The translations under genes and the position numbers were made by a program. Of a stretch of 64,000 nucleotides of DNA, positions 1 through 12,855 are shown piece by piece. The stretch comes from Octopus bimaculoides (taxonomy: Eukaryota): contig NC_069001.1 in assembly GCF_001194135.2 (NCBI RefSeq), positions 30,318,310 to 30,382,309 on the forward strand, written 5' to 3'. The notes beneath the pieces were generated by a model, which was given only the letters and a program-made list of their open reading frames with translations, made no database searches and was not told where the DNA came from. Every line of letters begins with the position of its first letter. Position 1 is the stretch's first letter.

Positions 1-236
1 AGACTGAATGGCACTCATAAAAAAATAGAAAAAAAAAATAGAACCATTTGGGAAAGAAATAATTTCTTTTCTTTTACTTTTTTTTTAACTTTACAAATAT
101 CGATAAGGTCAGCTTAATTGTATTTATGTAGTAAATCTCTATACGTATATGTTTATCATTTTCGTATATCTATATATGTCACTCTATATCTCTTTGTATG
201 TATCTCTCTCCATAGAGACATAGATAGAAAGACGGA

Positions 237-276
<40 letters not shown>

Positions 277-888
277 CATATTCTGTTATAGCTACTGGCG
301 TAAATCTTCTCTAATTCTGTATTATATTTTATGTTAGATTTATATACCATTTTTTATGATAGTAAATAGAGTTAAATATTCTATATTTTATGTCTGTCAT
401 TGGTAGCCCATTTTCTCATTTTTAAAATATATATCCCTACATTAATTGGACGTATTATGTTTGATGTTTGTACGATCTCCATGATTAGACAGTAGTTACA
501 TGAACAGAATGCCTCACACTTCAAATCATTTACGTCGTTAAATCATGGATCTCAGCAGCAAATGTGAAACAAAATCGAATTCATTTGTTGTCCGTATAAC
601 GTTTAGACACGCTACAGTATTTAGTACGCTTTTACTTTATTTATTCATTATTTTTTTTTTTTACTTACAAACACTATTCATGAGAAGGCCTTCGCTCTTA
701 TCCTATTCTTTATTTTACCAAACAAAGCATCTGCCATGTCATGAAGTCAGAGTTCCAAAGATTTATCAAAGCAAGTGCAGTAATAAATATTCAACCAGGA
801 TGTGTAAAGTGTAGATACAATACATTAAAGAATTGGAAGAGGTCTCTTCCCGATTTCAGACATGACACATGAGGATGTCAGTGTAAAT

Positions 889-1190
889 CAAAGGTTCTCA
901 ACTGGGGTCCATATAAGAAGTTGGAGTCTCTACGTATGTGATACAATACATTGGTTGAGCCATGGTGATTTTTCAGGGACTATGAAAAGATTGTGCTTAA
1001 GACCAGTAAAGTTTATGTGCAATAAACTTGTTATTCATTCACAATGCACAAAATATTTTATGCAAGTTCTAATAATATTTGATTATATAAATACAGTAGT
1101 ATTTTATAAACATCGAATGGCGATGGGATCCTATGAATTAAAATAGAAATCAGCGGAGGTCATAGGCAAAAAAATGTTTGAGAAGCCATA
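889..1190. mobile_element. Possible hAT-type MITE remnant
   Basis: Begins CAAAGGTTCTCAAC and ends TTTGAGAAGCCAT, degenerate inverted termini resembling hAT CAGTGGTTCTCAA ends; no coding capacity. Confidence 0.3.
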
Positions 1191-1822
1191 AACAATGAAC
1201 CAAATAAGTATGATTGGAAAAGTTTAAATTCAGAACCACTGCAAACTGATGCTACAGTATATCCGAACATCCCAATGTATTTGCAGCATCCGAAAAGTGT
1301 CATTCTTTAGATTCTAATAAATGACACTTTTCGGATAGGGGGTGATCCTCAACTATTTTTGTTTACTTATGGACTCGTTTGATTACTGTTTTATTTCCGT
1401 GGATTCCCATGGTCATTCTATGTTTAAAAACTACTTCTGTAAATACTGTTTTCAAAATTCCTTTTATATCTTTCATTCATTCGCTTGTGAATGTTTTGAA
1501 TATCACTCTATTATGGAATATGTTTTAGTGTCTGGAAACATGTTGAACTGTGTGAAGCATGAATGAAAGGAAATTAGCTGTTTCTTGCAATAAATACACC
1601 TTGAACTTCTTTTTTCATGGACACTTAAAATAATATGGTGGATCCTCAATATACTATTTTTCGTGTGTGGCTTCAATGGACCACCATTTGGGAACCGGTG
1701 TTTCGAACAGAATTCCTGTACAAGGTAGCAGTAGATAATTAATGTTGCTATTACTATTTTATATTCACTGACTAATAGATAAACATGCAGGTATATATCT
1801 CTCTATTCATATGTGTGTAGTA

Positions 1823-2213
1823 GAGGTGCAATGGCCTAGTGGTTAGGGTAGCGGACTCGCGGTCATAGTTTCGCGGTTTCGATTCCCAGACCGGCGTTGT
1901 GAGTGTTTATTGAGCGAAAATACCTAAAGCTCCAGGAGGCTCCGGCATGGGATTGTAGTAAACCCAGCTGTACTTTTCCACCACAACTTTCTCTCACTCT
2001 TACTTCCTGTTTCTGTTGTGCCAGTAATTCAAAGGGTCAGCCTTGTCACACTGTGTCACGCTGAATATCCCCGAGAACTACGTTAAGGATACACGTTAAG
2101 GATACACGTGTCTGCTCAGCCACTTGCACGTTAATTTCACGAGCAGGCTGTTCCGTTGATCGGATCAACTGGAACCCTCGACGTCGTAAGCGACGGAGTG
2201 CCAACAACCAACA
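1823..2213 (+). mobile_element. tRNA-derived SINE, family C, full length with TSD
   Basis: A box (TGGCCTAGTGGTTAGG) and B-box-like GGTTTCGATTCCC; body shared with 25085-25436 and 62285-62605; flanked by ATTCATATGTGTGT (1805-1818) and ATTCATATGTCTGT (2214-2227). Confidence 0.85.
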
Positions 2214-3079
2214 ATTCATATGTCTGTGTGTGTGTGTGTGTGTGTGTATGCGGGATTTTGTGTACGTTTGTGTGTCCCTTATTTCGTAAATGTTTGGGAA
2301 GGTGTCATAAATGTATAGTCTTGTTCGTACTCAGTTCTTAATTTAATTAGATAGTCAAGTTATGTACATTGATAATATCTTAAAACTGCCCGTTTTCTGT
2401 GTATTACATGGTTTCGTTTAAATTTATATTATTTATTTGTTTATTTCTATCATATCTTTCACCTGGCTCCTGACTGACTTGCAGTATCTGAAATTACCAA
2501 TTTAATTTCCGACGTTCTCTTGTATCACAAGCAATAAATATATCTTGACGTTGATGTATTCCATCAAATGAACACATATCCAGCTAAAGATATTGCCTTT
2601 TACTTAATCGCTTTAACTCTTTACATTAGCAAGGAAATCTCACTGTAACATCTTAAATGAGATAAGAAAGATTAGATAAAAATAATCTTCTATAAGACTT
2701 TAAAAAACAAGAGCCAGATATAATAACGGATAAAATGCTTTTAATCGTACAACTCTTCATTCAAAGTTGAGCGTTTAATGAAAGCAAGTACAGCAACAGC
2801 AAAATTGATTGTAACGAAGCATTATACAACTGCGGAGACATTACCTAAATGCTTCATCTTCTTACAAATAAATGTCAAACCTCACTCATACCATAGAGAA
2901 CACATCTAAAATAAGGAAATGACATAATATATAATGGAAGGATACAGAATACGCTGTCTAACGTTAATTGACGTGGCTGTCATGCGCTTAATTCTAGTCA
3001 GTATAATCACACTTTACTCTAGGTAAACCACTATTAAATTAACGAGAATAGATTTACATAGGAAACAACGAAGCATTAA

Positions 3080-3239
3080 CTAGGTGTAGGTGTGGTTAGG
3101 TGGAACGAAGGTTTCTTCGCAAATATGTGGTTTCCGGTTCGGTCCCACTGTGTGGTACATTGGGCGAATGTCTTCTACTCTAACCTCGGGGTGACCAAAG
3201 CTTTGTGAGTGAATTTAGTAGACGGAAACTGAAAGAAAT

Positions 3240-3240
<1 letters not shown>
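3080..3240 (+). mobile_element. tRNA-derived CORE-like SINE, family B, 5' part
   Basis: GGTTCGGTCCCACTGTGTGGTACATTGGGCGAATGTCTTCTACTCTAACCTCGGG matches the family B copies at 43530 and 61535. Confidence 0.7.
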
Positions 3241-3303
<63 letters not shown>

Positions 3304-3424
3304 AGAGAGAGAAAGAGAAAGTGTCTTTCAGTTTATAAAGGATATTTTACATTTATACGACGGCTACGAAATTCCAACTCATACCCTCCAGATACAGGTT
3401 TCAGTACTCTCACACTAACCTAAA

Positions 3425-3755
3425 CGGCCCACTAACCGTTTTGATCGTCTCGAGAAATATGAAAACATTTTTAAAACTTTGTGTAGGCCTCTGAGCAGGT
3501 ATTCGCCAAGCTTTTGGCAAAATTTGATGCAGATTGCCTGCTCAACTTTATCTGTCATGATCAACGCGAGAATCACACGCTGCACGCCTTTCTTCCAAGT
3601 ACTGTTAACAGAGGAAGTGTGGGAGAACGTTAAAACTTAGTGCGCATGAACAGCAGAGTCGAAGGTCAGTTTGTGCCAAACGGCTTTACTCTCCATGCTT
3701 TAACATCTGATACTAATTTAACAGTCCGGATACCAATTGATCAGACCACCTATAC
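3425..3755 (-). mobile_element. Probable mariner-derived non-coding terminal fragment
   Basis: Ends in AGTCCGGATACCAATTGATCAGACCACCTA, resembling a mariner terminal inverted repeat ending in TA; partner TIR not found. Confidence 0.3.
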
Positions 3756-4995
3756 ATAACTATATCTCTACAAATAACATCATCAATTTGAAAAGAAATT
3801 GTTATCTTTCTCCCTGTTTCTCCTATATTTGTACGTGTGGTTATATGATTCTATAGCGTTCATTACCTCTTTTGTCTCAGTCAGTCTGAGATATCCTATC
3901 ATTTCTCTTTTTTGCCATAATATTTCCTCGGCTTTACATCTCTTCCTTTAACTGAAATCCTGTTTTACTGGCGTCAGAGATATTAGCGGTACGTAAATAT
4001 AAGTGCCTTAATATAAAAGACACTAAACGAAGTCCTAAAAGTGCAAGAAGATTCATTTTTTTCACTGTTTAAATTACTATCTTAACACGGTTTGTTATAT
4101 GTGTGCATCCACCTGTCGTCACGCATACACTCTTTTGTAAAAACAAATTACATAAGACAAACTAAGCTAGAAAACATTGTAAACATAATTATCAATATAT
4201 TTTCTCATAAATTTCATAAATAATTATGACGGTAACGAGATAGTCATTCACTCCTACCTCAAAAGGAACAAAAAATAGTTTTAAAAAAGAAAACAAGGGG
4301 CTCTTAATAACAGTAGTTTTAAATACCAGATACAAACCCAAACCATCCAGTTTTCTATATCAAAGAACGATAACACCAATTCATTTTGTTAGTAAGTTTA
4401 TTTCTTCAGGTAGTTTTATTCAACATTTATTTCATCTTTGTTGTTATTCTTATAATAATTTTATTTGTTGATAATGTTGTTTCTGCTGTGTTTTTAATGT
4501 TCTAATTATTACTTTGGTTGCTTTGATTGTTGTTCATTATTTCCGGTTATCTTTTACAATTTTTGAAGTAACAGTTGTTAATATTATATTCTAATTTGAA
4601 CTGTAAATAATTATTTGTTATATTATTTATACGTCTTATTATATTTGTGGTATACAGATATATCTTGAAGCAACTCTTGTTTGTTTAGATTATTTGTATA
4701 TTCTGTTTTTAACGTAAATTGTACTCGGCGTGTTTAGTTTGTTTTTATCCTGTTGAGCGATGAAACAAGCAAGCTACGGTTGACAATCTTTCGCGTTCAG
4801 ACAAAAAGAACGAAAAAAAAAAGTAATTTATTATTCACTTCGTTTACAACGGTACAAATTTATTTTAGAACAGCTAGCATGCTGACGTGTATTAAATTAT
4901 ATACTAGCGACAGTCAGAATTCTTGATGATAGAACGATAGAGGATACTTTAATAATTATACTTAACTATGTATGTTAGTGTATATATTTGTTTCC

Positions 4996-5027
<32 letters not shown>

Positions 5028-5613
5028 NNNNNNNNNNNNNNNNNNNNNNNNNNNNNNNNNNNNNNNNNNNNNNNNNNNNNNNNNNNNNNNNNNNNNNNNN
5101 NNNNNNNNNNNNNNNNNNNNNNNNNNNNNNNNNNNNNNNNNNNNNNNNNNNNNNNNNNNNNNNNNNNNNNNNNNNNNNNNNNNNNNNNNNNNNNNNNNNN
5201 NNNNNNNNNNNNNNNNNNNNNNNNNNNNNNNNNNNNNNNNNNNNNNNNNNNNNNNNNNNNNNNNNNNNNNNNNNNNNNNNNNNNNNNNNNNNNNNNNNNN
5301 NNNNNNNNNNNNNNNNNNNNNNNNNNNNNNNNNNNNNNNNNNNNNNNNNNNNNNNNNNNNNNNNNNNNNNNNNNNNNNNNNNNNNNNNNNNNNNNNNNNN
5401 NNNNNNNNNNNNNNNNNNNNNNNNNNNNNNNNNNNNNNNNNNNNNNNNNNNNNNNNNNNNNNNNNNNNNNNNNNNNNNNNNNNNNNNNNNNNNNNNNNNN
5501 NNNNNNNNNNNNNNNNNNNNNNNNNNNNNNNNNNNNNNNNNNNNNNNNNNNNNNNNNNNNNNNNNNNNNNNNNNNNNNNNNNNNNNNNNNNNNNNNNNNN
5601 NNNNNNNNNNNNN
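5028..5613. other. Assembly gap (N run)
   Basis: 586 N flanked by (TA)n and (CT)n. Confidence 1.
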
Positions 5614-5652
5614 CTCTCTCTTTCTCTTTCTCTCTCTCTCTGTCTCTCTCTT

Positions 5653-5683
<31 letters not shown>

Positions 5684-6444
5684 CTTTCTTTCTCTCTCTC
5701 TCTCTTTCTCTCTCTCTCTTTCTCTCTATCTATCTATATATATATATATATATATATATTAGATCTCTCTATGCAAATATATATATATGCATGTATACAT
5801 AGAAATACATATGAATGAATGTGTGTGTGTTGAGCACACGAGCGTCTGTGTGTGGTGTGTAGGAAACAGCCTTCCATTACAGTGCAGTTATACAATATTA
5901 AGTTCAAGTTTAAACATTTGTATAATGGATTTTTCATATCTCATTATTTGTGCTTTATGTTGAGTGTGTAACAGTAAATTTCCTAAATCCATTAATCCAT
6001 TAACCTTTCAAGTAATTTCGTCTCTCATCAAGACATTCATGTCATACTAATAATGACGTGTACATTAGAAGAGGTTGCAAAGTGCGACGGTTGTTCAGTT
6101 AAAACCGAACAAACATACAACGCCGAAACTAAAATTTGTCATGAATGAGTTCTATTTGACTCAAGAAATATTTAGCCTTTAATGCATATGAATTGTTGAA
6201 TTTTTGCTATAATTAAAACCTCCATCTTTATATATATATCTAACATGTATTGAGACTTTTACCTGGAAATTAAGAGCAGCTACTTACTAAAAACCGTACA
6301 AAAAATACTAGGTGACTCTTAAACAATTTCTTGTACTTGTGTTCTTGTGTGTGTGAAATTTGTATTCAGCCCGACATCTTTATACACAAACATCATAACA
6401 AATCTATCGTCAACACACGCTGCTATCTTCTTTAAAATTACCAT

Positions 6445-6610
6445 CCCTTTCTCCGATTCAATGGTTTTTCAGAAGGGCATAAATTTTGGCAGAAAGGATA
6501 AAAGGTAAAGTTAACATTGGCGGTATTTGCACTCAGAACGTAAAGTCGACAATATATAGCTAAACATTTTGCCCGGCGTTGTAAGGATTCGGCCTGTTCA
6601 TTGCCCTCGT
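6445..6610 (-). mobile_element. tRNA-derived SINE, family A, degenerate
   Basis: Reverse complement of the family A head and core (AAAGGTAAAGTTAACATTGGCGGTATTTGCACTCAGAACGTAAAG). Confidence 0.6.
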
Positions 6611-7893
6611 AGTATAGAATACATTTATTTCCTAATTGCCCACAGGGGGCTAAACATAAAGGGAACAAACAGTAACAATCGTCCTAACCACGACTGCTGC
6701 ATTATGTTGGTAAATAATCTTTACCCTATCCTTAATCCTTGTCCCTTTACGTTATAGCTATCAATGAATACGTTTATAAATACATGTGAATAAGTATAGA
6801 ATTTTGGCAGTAACGATGATTTTTTTTTATATTAAACCTCGTTAGAATTTGTAAAAACATCAACGGTATACGTTTTATTGAGTAAAACCATGCGCAAGTT
6901 CATACTTCTTATTTCAATTTTCACTTATAAACTTCGTAATTCCGTATGCATCAATCTTTCTATAAATGAAAATGCTAGCTGTTCATGATTTTTGATTTAC
7001 ATACCTTCTACCGTAAACATATGCACCAATAATTGTTAGAAATATGTTGGTTCTCGTATGTGATGCTCGATGTCGCGTGATCGAATGTGCATAGGTTTAT
7101 TACTATTTTCAAATTTATAATCTGGAATATCATGCTGAAGAGTGGAAGTGAAATTTTACAAAATTATAATCCCGAAATGCGTCCATGAGTAACTAACGAC
7201 AGGTTCGTTTCGTTATTTTTCTTCTTTTATCTATGTGAGTCACGAATATCGCTATCTGTTGGAGATATAATTGTAGTAGTAGAATTAGTATTTTAACTGC
7301 TATTTCTAAATTTTCGGTATGTTGGTGAAGCAACTTTTGCTGATCCTTAATTATGTTTATACATACATACATTATATATAAGAATTTTGTATAACTATGA
7401 ACACAGCACAATTCTAACTAAGAGGGTTGCAAAATCTCTTACATGTCTCGAAATAACAGTCAAAACCACGATAAAGCCACTACAAACACTCATATTCTAT
7501 CTCTTTAAAATAAAGCTATGTTTTTTGTGTCAATATGTATCAATAGAAATATTCTCCTGAAGAGAAGAGTGGAGCCTCTAGGTTCGTAACTTCGAAATTG
7601 CAATAGAGAATTAACCTTTTATTTTGAAGTTGTGAATTTTGTCATATCGCCCGCCGACAAATTTATTGTAAAGAGATAGTATATCAGTGTTCCTGGTGGC
7701 TTTGACTGCTATTTCTAGACATGTAAGTGTCTTTGCAACCCTCTCCGTTATAATTCTGATTTATTCATAATTATACACACATCCTTTCTAAAATCTATGA
7801 TTACATGTTTGGACATTAATATATTTATGAATAATTATTAATTATAATTATTGTTTATGAAAAATCTTTCGTAATGTATTTTCACATACCTTT

Positions 7894-7927
<34 letters not shown>

Positions 7928-9301
7928 TCGAGGTGAGTGGTGACACATTCTTGGCTTTGGGTAAAGGATAATGCAAGAGGATCACTTTATTATAATTTTA
8001 TTCAACATATTCCCCTCTCAGATTCACAAATGTGTCTAAGCCCTGTAAAAGAGCTCGGAATGTTGGCCCTGGAACGAGGACTTTGGCCAATACCCATAAA
8101 GTATAGAATTTTCAGCATTCCCCTGTATATCTGTATAAATGTTTTTTATGTATACATACATATATAGACAAGTGTATATACAAGTATATATGAAATACCA
8201 GAAGTGATACCATGAATACCACCACTTGCAGAACTATTTTCATTTAATAGAGTTTCGGCATTAGTAATTGTGTTTGAGAATATGCGAATTATTCTGGCCA
8301 ACATATTGTGTTTATGGAAATTAGAATAACCAAAAATAAAAGTAGTCTTGAAATTTTACGCTTAGCCAATGCGATTTATAAAGACTTAGATATTTCCGTT
8401 GCAGTATGACGCCGTTTCTCATTTAGCAATCGTCTTTACAAATCGAATGCTACATAACTACGTTTAGTATGAGAACTAAACACTGCTAACACAAGTAATT
8501 TGCGTAACAGAATTAACAACCTATTTGTATGTGTTCATTGTTTAAATCGCGCTACATGATTTAGTTATATAAGCGTAACAACAATACCTTGAAATACAAT
8601 TTCTTAATGGCTATGAAATGTAGGGTATTTCATTGTTGTAGCTGTTCAATGAAATAGAAAAGGCGTCGTCTAGACGATTTCTCTTGAAACTGTCCACAGT
8701 GTTTTTGCATATTAAGCAACGCTGACGCCAACGACTGCTTATGTAAGCTGTGAATTTTAGTTATATATTTAACAAATTTTCAAACTCAGCCATCACTAAA
8801 ATCTTCTTGTATTCTACACATAACTTAAGTGTGTGTCTATACATCAGTACGTATCTGTCGATCTATTAAGCTATGAATATCTATGTGTATATCTATGAAT
8901 ATCTGTTTATATATATATATACCTATTTATCTTTGAAAATTCTACCTATCTACATTGTGTACATATGTATATATTTATATTTGTATACATATACACACAC
9001 ATGCACGCTCACCAAATACACACTTGCACATTTGTATCGAAGTATATGCATATCATATTTATACTCGTATATATACATGTATGTATATGTTTTATGTTTT
9101 ATCATTTACTCCATTTTCTCAATATATTGCGGCCTTGCTGTAGCACCGCCTTGCAAACTTTTAGTCAAAGGGATGAAATCCAGTAACTTTTTTCATCCGT
9201 TACTTTTATGAAACCGCTAAGTTACGGGGGACGTCAATTGGCGGTGGACGACAAACACAAACACATACACACTCATCTATATATGAATCTCTAGAATAGC
9301 A

Positions 9302-9534
9302 AGGCAGCGAGCTGTCAGAATCGTTAGCGCGCCGGACAAAATGCTTAACGGTATTTCGTCTGCTGTTATATTCTGAGTTCAAATTCCGCCAAGGTCGACT
9401 TTGCCTTTCATCCTTTCGGGGTCGAAAAATCAAGTACCAGTTACGCATTGGGGTCGATGTAATCGACTTAATCTGTTTGTCTGTCCTTGTTTGTCCCCTC
9501 TATGTTTAGCCCCTTGTGAGCAATAAACAAATAA
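9302..9534 (+). mobile_element. tRNA-derived SINE, family A (Meta/Sauria-like core), full length with perfect 17-bp TSD
   Basis: Head GGCAGCGAGCTGTCAGAATCGTTAGC, B box GAGTTCAAATTCC, core GGTCGACTTTGCCTTTCATCCTTTCGGGGTCGA; GAATCTCTAGAATAGCA at 9285-9301 and 9535-9551. Confidence 0.9.
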
Positions 9535-10474
9535 GAATCTCTAGAATAGCAGCAAACAAACTATGGTGAAACCATGCCCAGACAAACGGACTCTTTCGTC
9601 ACTCTTCTCAAAATTCCGGTCCTCGTCATTTGATTAGAAAAAATATTAGTAACATAATAAACATTAAGATCATACCGCACGCCATTTAGTTTTGCATGTG
9701 TCATGCTCATTGACGGTAACGGCGAAGAATGAAGAAGTGATAAAGATAGTGATAAAATATCATGGGAGTAATATGTACAAAAACTTGTATCTACCAATTT
9801 ATTTGAATTCACTGCTGAGACGTCATAATAATTATGAAGAAAAAAAAGCTAAGTTAATCTCTGTATAACCCTCGTGTCAAATGTCAGTCCCATTCCATTT
9901 GCATATTAATTCATAACCATAACAACATTGTGTACTTCTTGACAAAACAACATGCAAATTTAAACATTTACACAAATTTCGCTTGATATGAACAGACTAA
10001 TTTTACCCAATAATTCACATTACGATTTATGGAGTGTCATTATAAAAATCGCTCAAAATGGAAGCCGTAATTGTGTAGGAGCGAATTATAGAGCGGGGTC
10101 ATAATGTCTCTACTAAATTATTTGTAAAATGACATGTTTTCAAAAACGCTCACCTTTTGTAACTATGTCAACTTCAACCAAGCGTTCATACAAATTGATT
10201 ATTCGATTTCTTGTTGCATTTCATAGCTCGTTAGCCTTATTTGAATTTCGCAAAACGATTATAACAAATCCCTTTTTCAAATTACATTATTGGGAGTTAT
10301 CTCAACCAGTATGATTACAGTTTAGCAGTTTCATCGGTTAATGTTTACAGAGTCTTCCCCATACTCTAATTCACAGATTGTCATTGAATTATTAGTGTCA
10401 GTTAGGAATGTTGTATTTTTCCACATTTATAAACTCGATGTTATTTGTAGTGAATAGACAATATACATACATAG

Positions 10475-10512
<38 letters not shown>

Positions 10513-10586
10513 GTATATATGTATATATATATATATGTCGTTTCTATTTAACGGTATCTCGCCTCTCATTCTGCCTCGCTGTATTG

Positions 10587-10644
<58 letters not shown>

Positions 10645-11235
10645 GTAGAGAGAGAGAGAGAGAATTTACAAAAGATGAAGATGGGTGTGTAAACAGCAAA
10701 CAGATGTATTAGTTGAACGCTCGGGAAGTGAGAAAGTCTTTTGCGTTTCGAGCCTACGTTCTTCGACAGAAAGGAAAGGAAATAAACAGGGAGAGAAAAT
10801 AAGAAAAGGCTTGTTGGTTAGCGATCTATCATGGGGAATGCCGGACAGAGGGGTCTCATAGGAGAGCGAGGAAGAAGGGGGGATAATAATGTAGTGGTGA
10901 TCCCAAAACGAAGGTGCGTGTGTGTGTGTATGTGAGAACAAGTATGTGCGTGTGGAAGAGGGCTGGTGATTTTGACGTGTGTGCATGTGTAGGTGTGTAG
11001 ATGATGGTGTAGGTGCTGCGAAGTGGTCAATGGTAGTGTGTGTGCTGGTGTGGCTGATGGGAAGTGATCAGCGCTAGAGTGTGCGGGGTGGTGTGGTGCT
11101 GTGTTGTGTGGTGCTATGTTGTGTGGTGCTGTTTGGGGGTTGGAGGAAGTGAGTTGGAGAAGCAAGGGTGAGCGTCTAAGGAATGGTGTGGGGTGAGATG
11201 GGATGTATAGGGATCGTGGGGTTAGAATATGTAGG

Positions 11236-11281
11236 GGCGGCTGATGAAGGCTGGAAGGTATATCAGCCGAAACGTTCTGTT
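11236..11281 (+). ncRNA. Minimal type I hammerhead ribozyme motif (Penelope-like type)
   Basis: Helix I GGCGG/CUGUU, core CUGAUGA (11241-11247), one extra A, helix II GGCUG/CAGCC, GAAAC (11269-11273), palindrome AACGUU, GUU cleavage triplet (11274-11276). Confidence 0.7.
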
Positions 11282-11335
11282 AACAACAAACAAGATGAGG
11301 ACAAATATCCGTCAAATGTAAATAATGTAAATTCC
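11236..11335 (+). mobile_element. 3' part of hammerhead-bearing repeat (family D)
   Basis: Ribozyme plus tail AACAACAAACAAGATGAGGACAAATATCCGTCAAATGTAAATAATGTA, shared with 13893-13978. Confidence 0.8.
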
Positions 11336-11499
11336 CTTCTATTGTATCACTGTAATCGCAGTTAAATATTTTACACAGAAATCTGGAATATTAATATACT
11401 TATATAAAATTCTTGTTTGTTCTTTAAACAGATCGACTGTTGTGTTTTTTGATGTTACAAAAATCGCGTCTACGGCGATTCCTTTGTTGTCAGTTCTCG

Positions 11500-11760
11500 T
11501 TCCCCTAATTCCTTTTATTCTTTGGTTACCAGTATTGCATTGAATTCGATTTTATTCTTAGTACTTGATGAACTCGTTTCGGTTGGTGTCAAAACGTTTC
11601 TTTTCGTCAATGAATCGATGCCGCTTTTCATAACGAAAGATTCTTTCCAGTTGCGTTAGGAAGTATTGTTTCAGACGGTCTTTGATTTCAGATACTTTTC
11701 TAGTTGTTGTTCAATGATTCTGAAGTATAGTCAAACTTTTCTGGTTTTCTGCGGTTATTG
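11500..11760 (-). mobile_element. Decayed R4/Dong-like LINE fragment, region N-terminal to the RT
   Basis: Minus frame EIKDRLKQYFLTQLERIFRYEKRHRFIDEKKRFDTNRNEF resembles the LKQK...RIRRYEKR...F..N..FY segment of R4/Dong ORFs. Confidence 0.5.
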
Positions 11761-11949
11761 ATTTCATTAAAGATTAACAGTTCTGACTTTATTTCCTCTT
11801 ATTTACGCAATGTATTTCCCACATTATTATTATAATTAGTAATAGTAGTGGTTCTTCCTTTGTAGTAGCAGAACTTCCTTTGTTTTCCCTTTCTATTTTC
11901 TGTCTCTTATCCTTCGTTCCTAACTGTCACTAGCAAGGTCTCCTTACTT

Positions 11950-12370
11950 TGGGATAGTTAACTCATTATGCTTTCGAGTTAGATACGCAGGCAGTCTTCC
12001 ACACGTACCAGTCCTCTTCCTCCATTTTCTCTCTTCGTTTATAGGCGATAAGTGTCTGCATGTGGATGATGGGACTCCATGAATTGTTAGGAGCTCTCCT
12101 GTCCATCTTCTTTAGTTCATCTTCTGTCCACTGCAGGATTCCAGCGCCATAACGAACTACTGCGACCTCATGCGAGTCACCGCCGAAAATATGTTTCTGG
12201 CATTCAGCTTTGAAGCCAAAGTTTTTCTCACTCGCCTCACGTACTCTTTTTTTGTCTTTTCCTTCATGTCGTGGTGTTTGATCCCATCTGCCTCAAGTAT
12301 TCCCAGTTTTTTATAGATAGACTGAGGTTGAATTGCTTTCATCATTTCACCACTACACACAACCTCACAT
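11950..12370 (-). pseudogene. R2-group (R4/Dong-like) non-LTR retrotransposon, RT C-terminal/thumb fragment
   Basis: GEMMKAIQPQSIYKKLGILEADGIKHHDMKEKTKKEYVRRVRKTLASKLNARN, then after frameshifts VVRYGAGILQWTEDELKKMDR and TKRENGGRGLVRVED; YKYLGI-like and GGRGL motifs. Confidence 0.85.
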
Positions 12371-12639
12371 ATAGCCCCGTTAGACACAGCCCACATCCTA
12401 CGCAAGAACTTATCAATCAATGGAATAGCACAACTCAAATAGGACATTTCACAAACAAACGGCACACGCCATAGTTTCCAGTGAAATGCAAAACACTCAT
12501 TGCCGGTTGGATATCCATCTGAGGAACGCAAGTTGCACAGCACTCACAACATGCATATTTGCCACTCTACATTTCCTTAGAATCGATAAATCTATTTTGA
12601 AATCCAGTTCATTGCGCAAGCTTTTCCTTTTTACTTGTC

Positions 12640-12855
12640 AGGAATGCTAAGCTGGCGGAATCGTTAGCACGCTGGGCGAAATGCTTAGCGATATTTTGCC
12701 TGTCTTTACGTTCTGGGTTCAGATTCCGCCGAGGTCGACTTTGCCTTTCATCCTTTCGGCGTCGATAAATTAAGCGCCTGTTACGTAATGGGGTCGATCA
12801 AATTGACTATTGCTCCTCCCCCAAAATTTCGGGCCTTGTGCCTAGAGTAGAAATA
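12640..12855 (+). mobile_element. tRNA-derived SINE, family A
   Basis: Same head and GGTCGACTTTGCCTTTCATCCTTTCGG core as 9302-9534. Confidence 0.85.

Noticed and set aside
4968-5818. Long ORFs of 264-276 aa (also 21272-21682 and 49001-49931)
   Set aside because: They are artefacts of N gaps and dinucleotide repeats.
8014-8100. Possible internal exon after TTCCCCTCTCAG
   Set aside because: Two frames are open, the donor AAA|GTATAG is weak and no peptide is recognisable.
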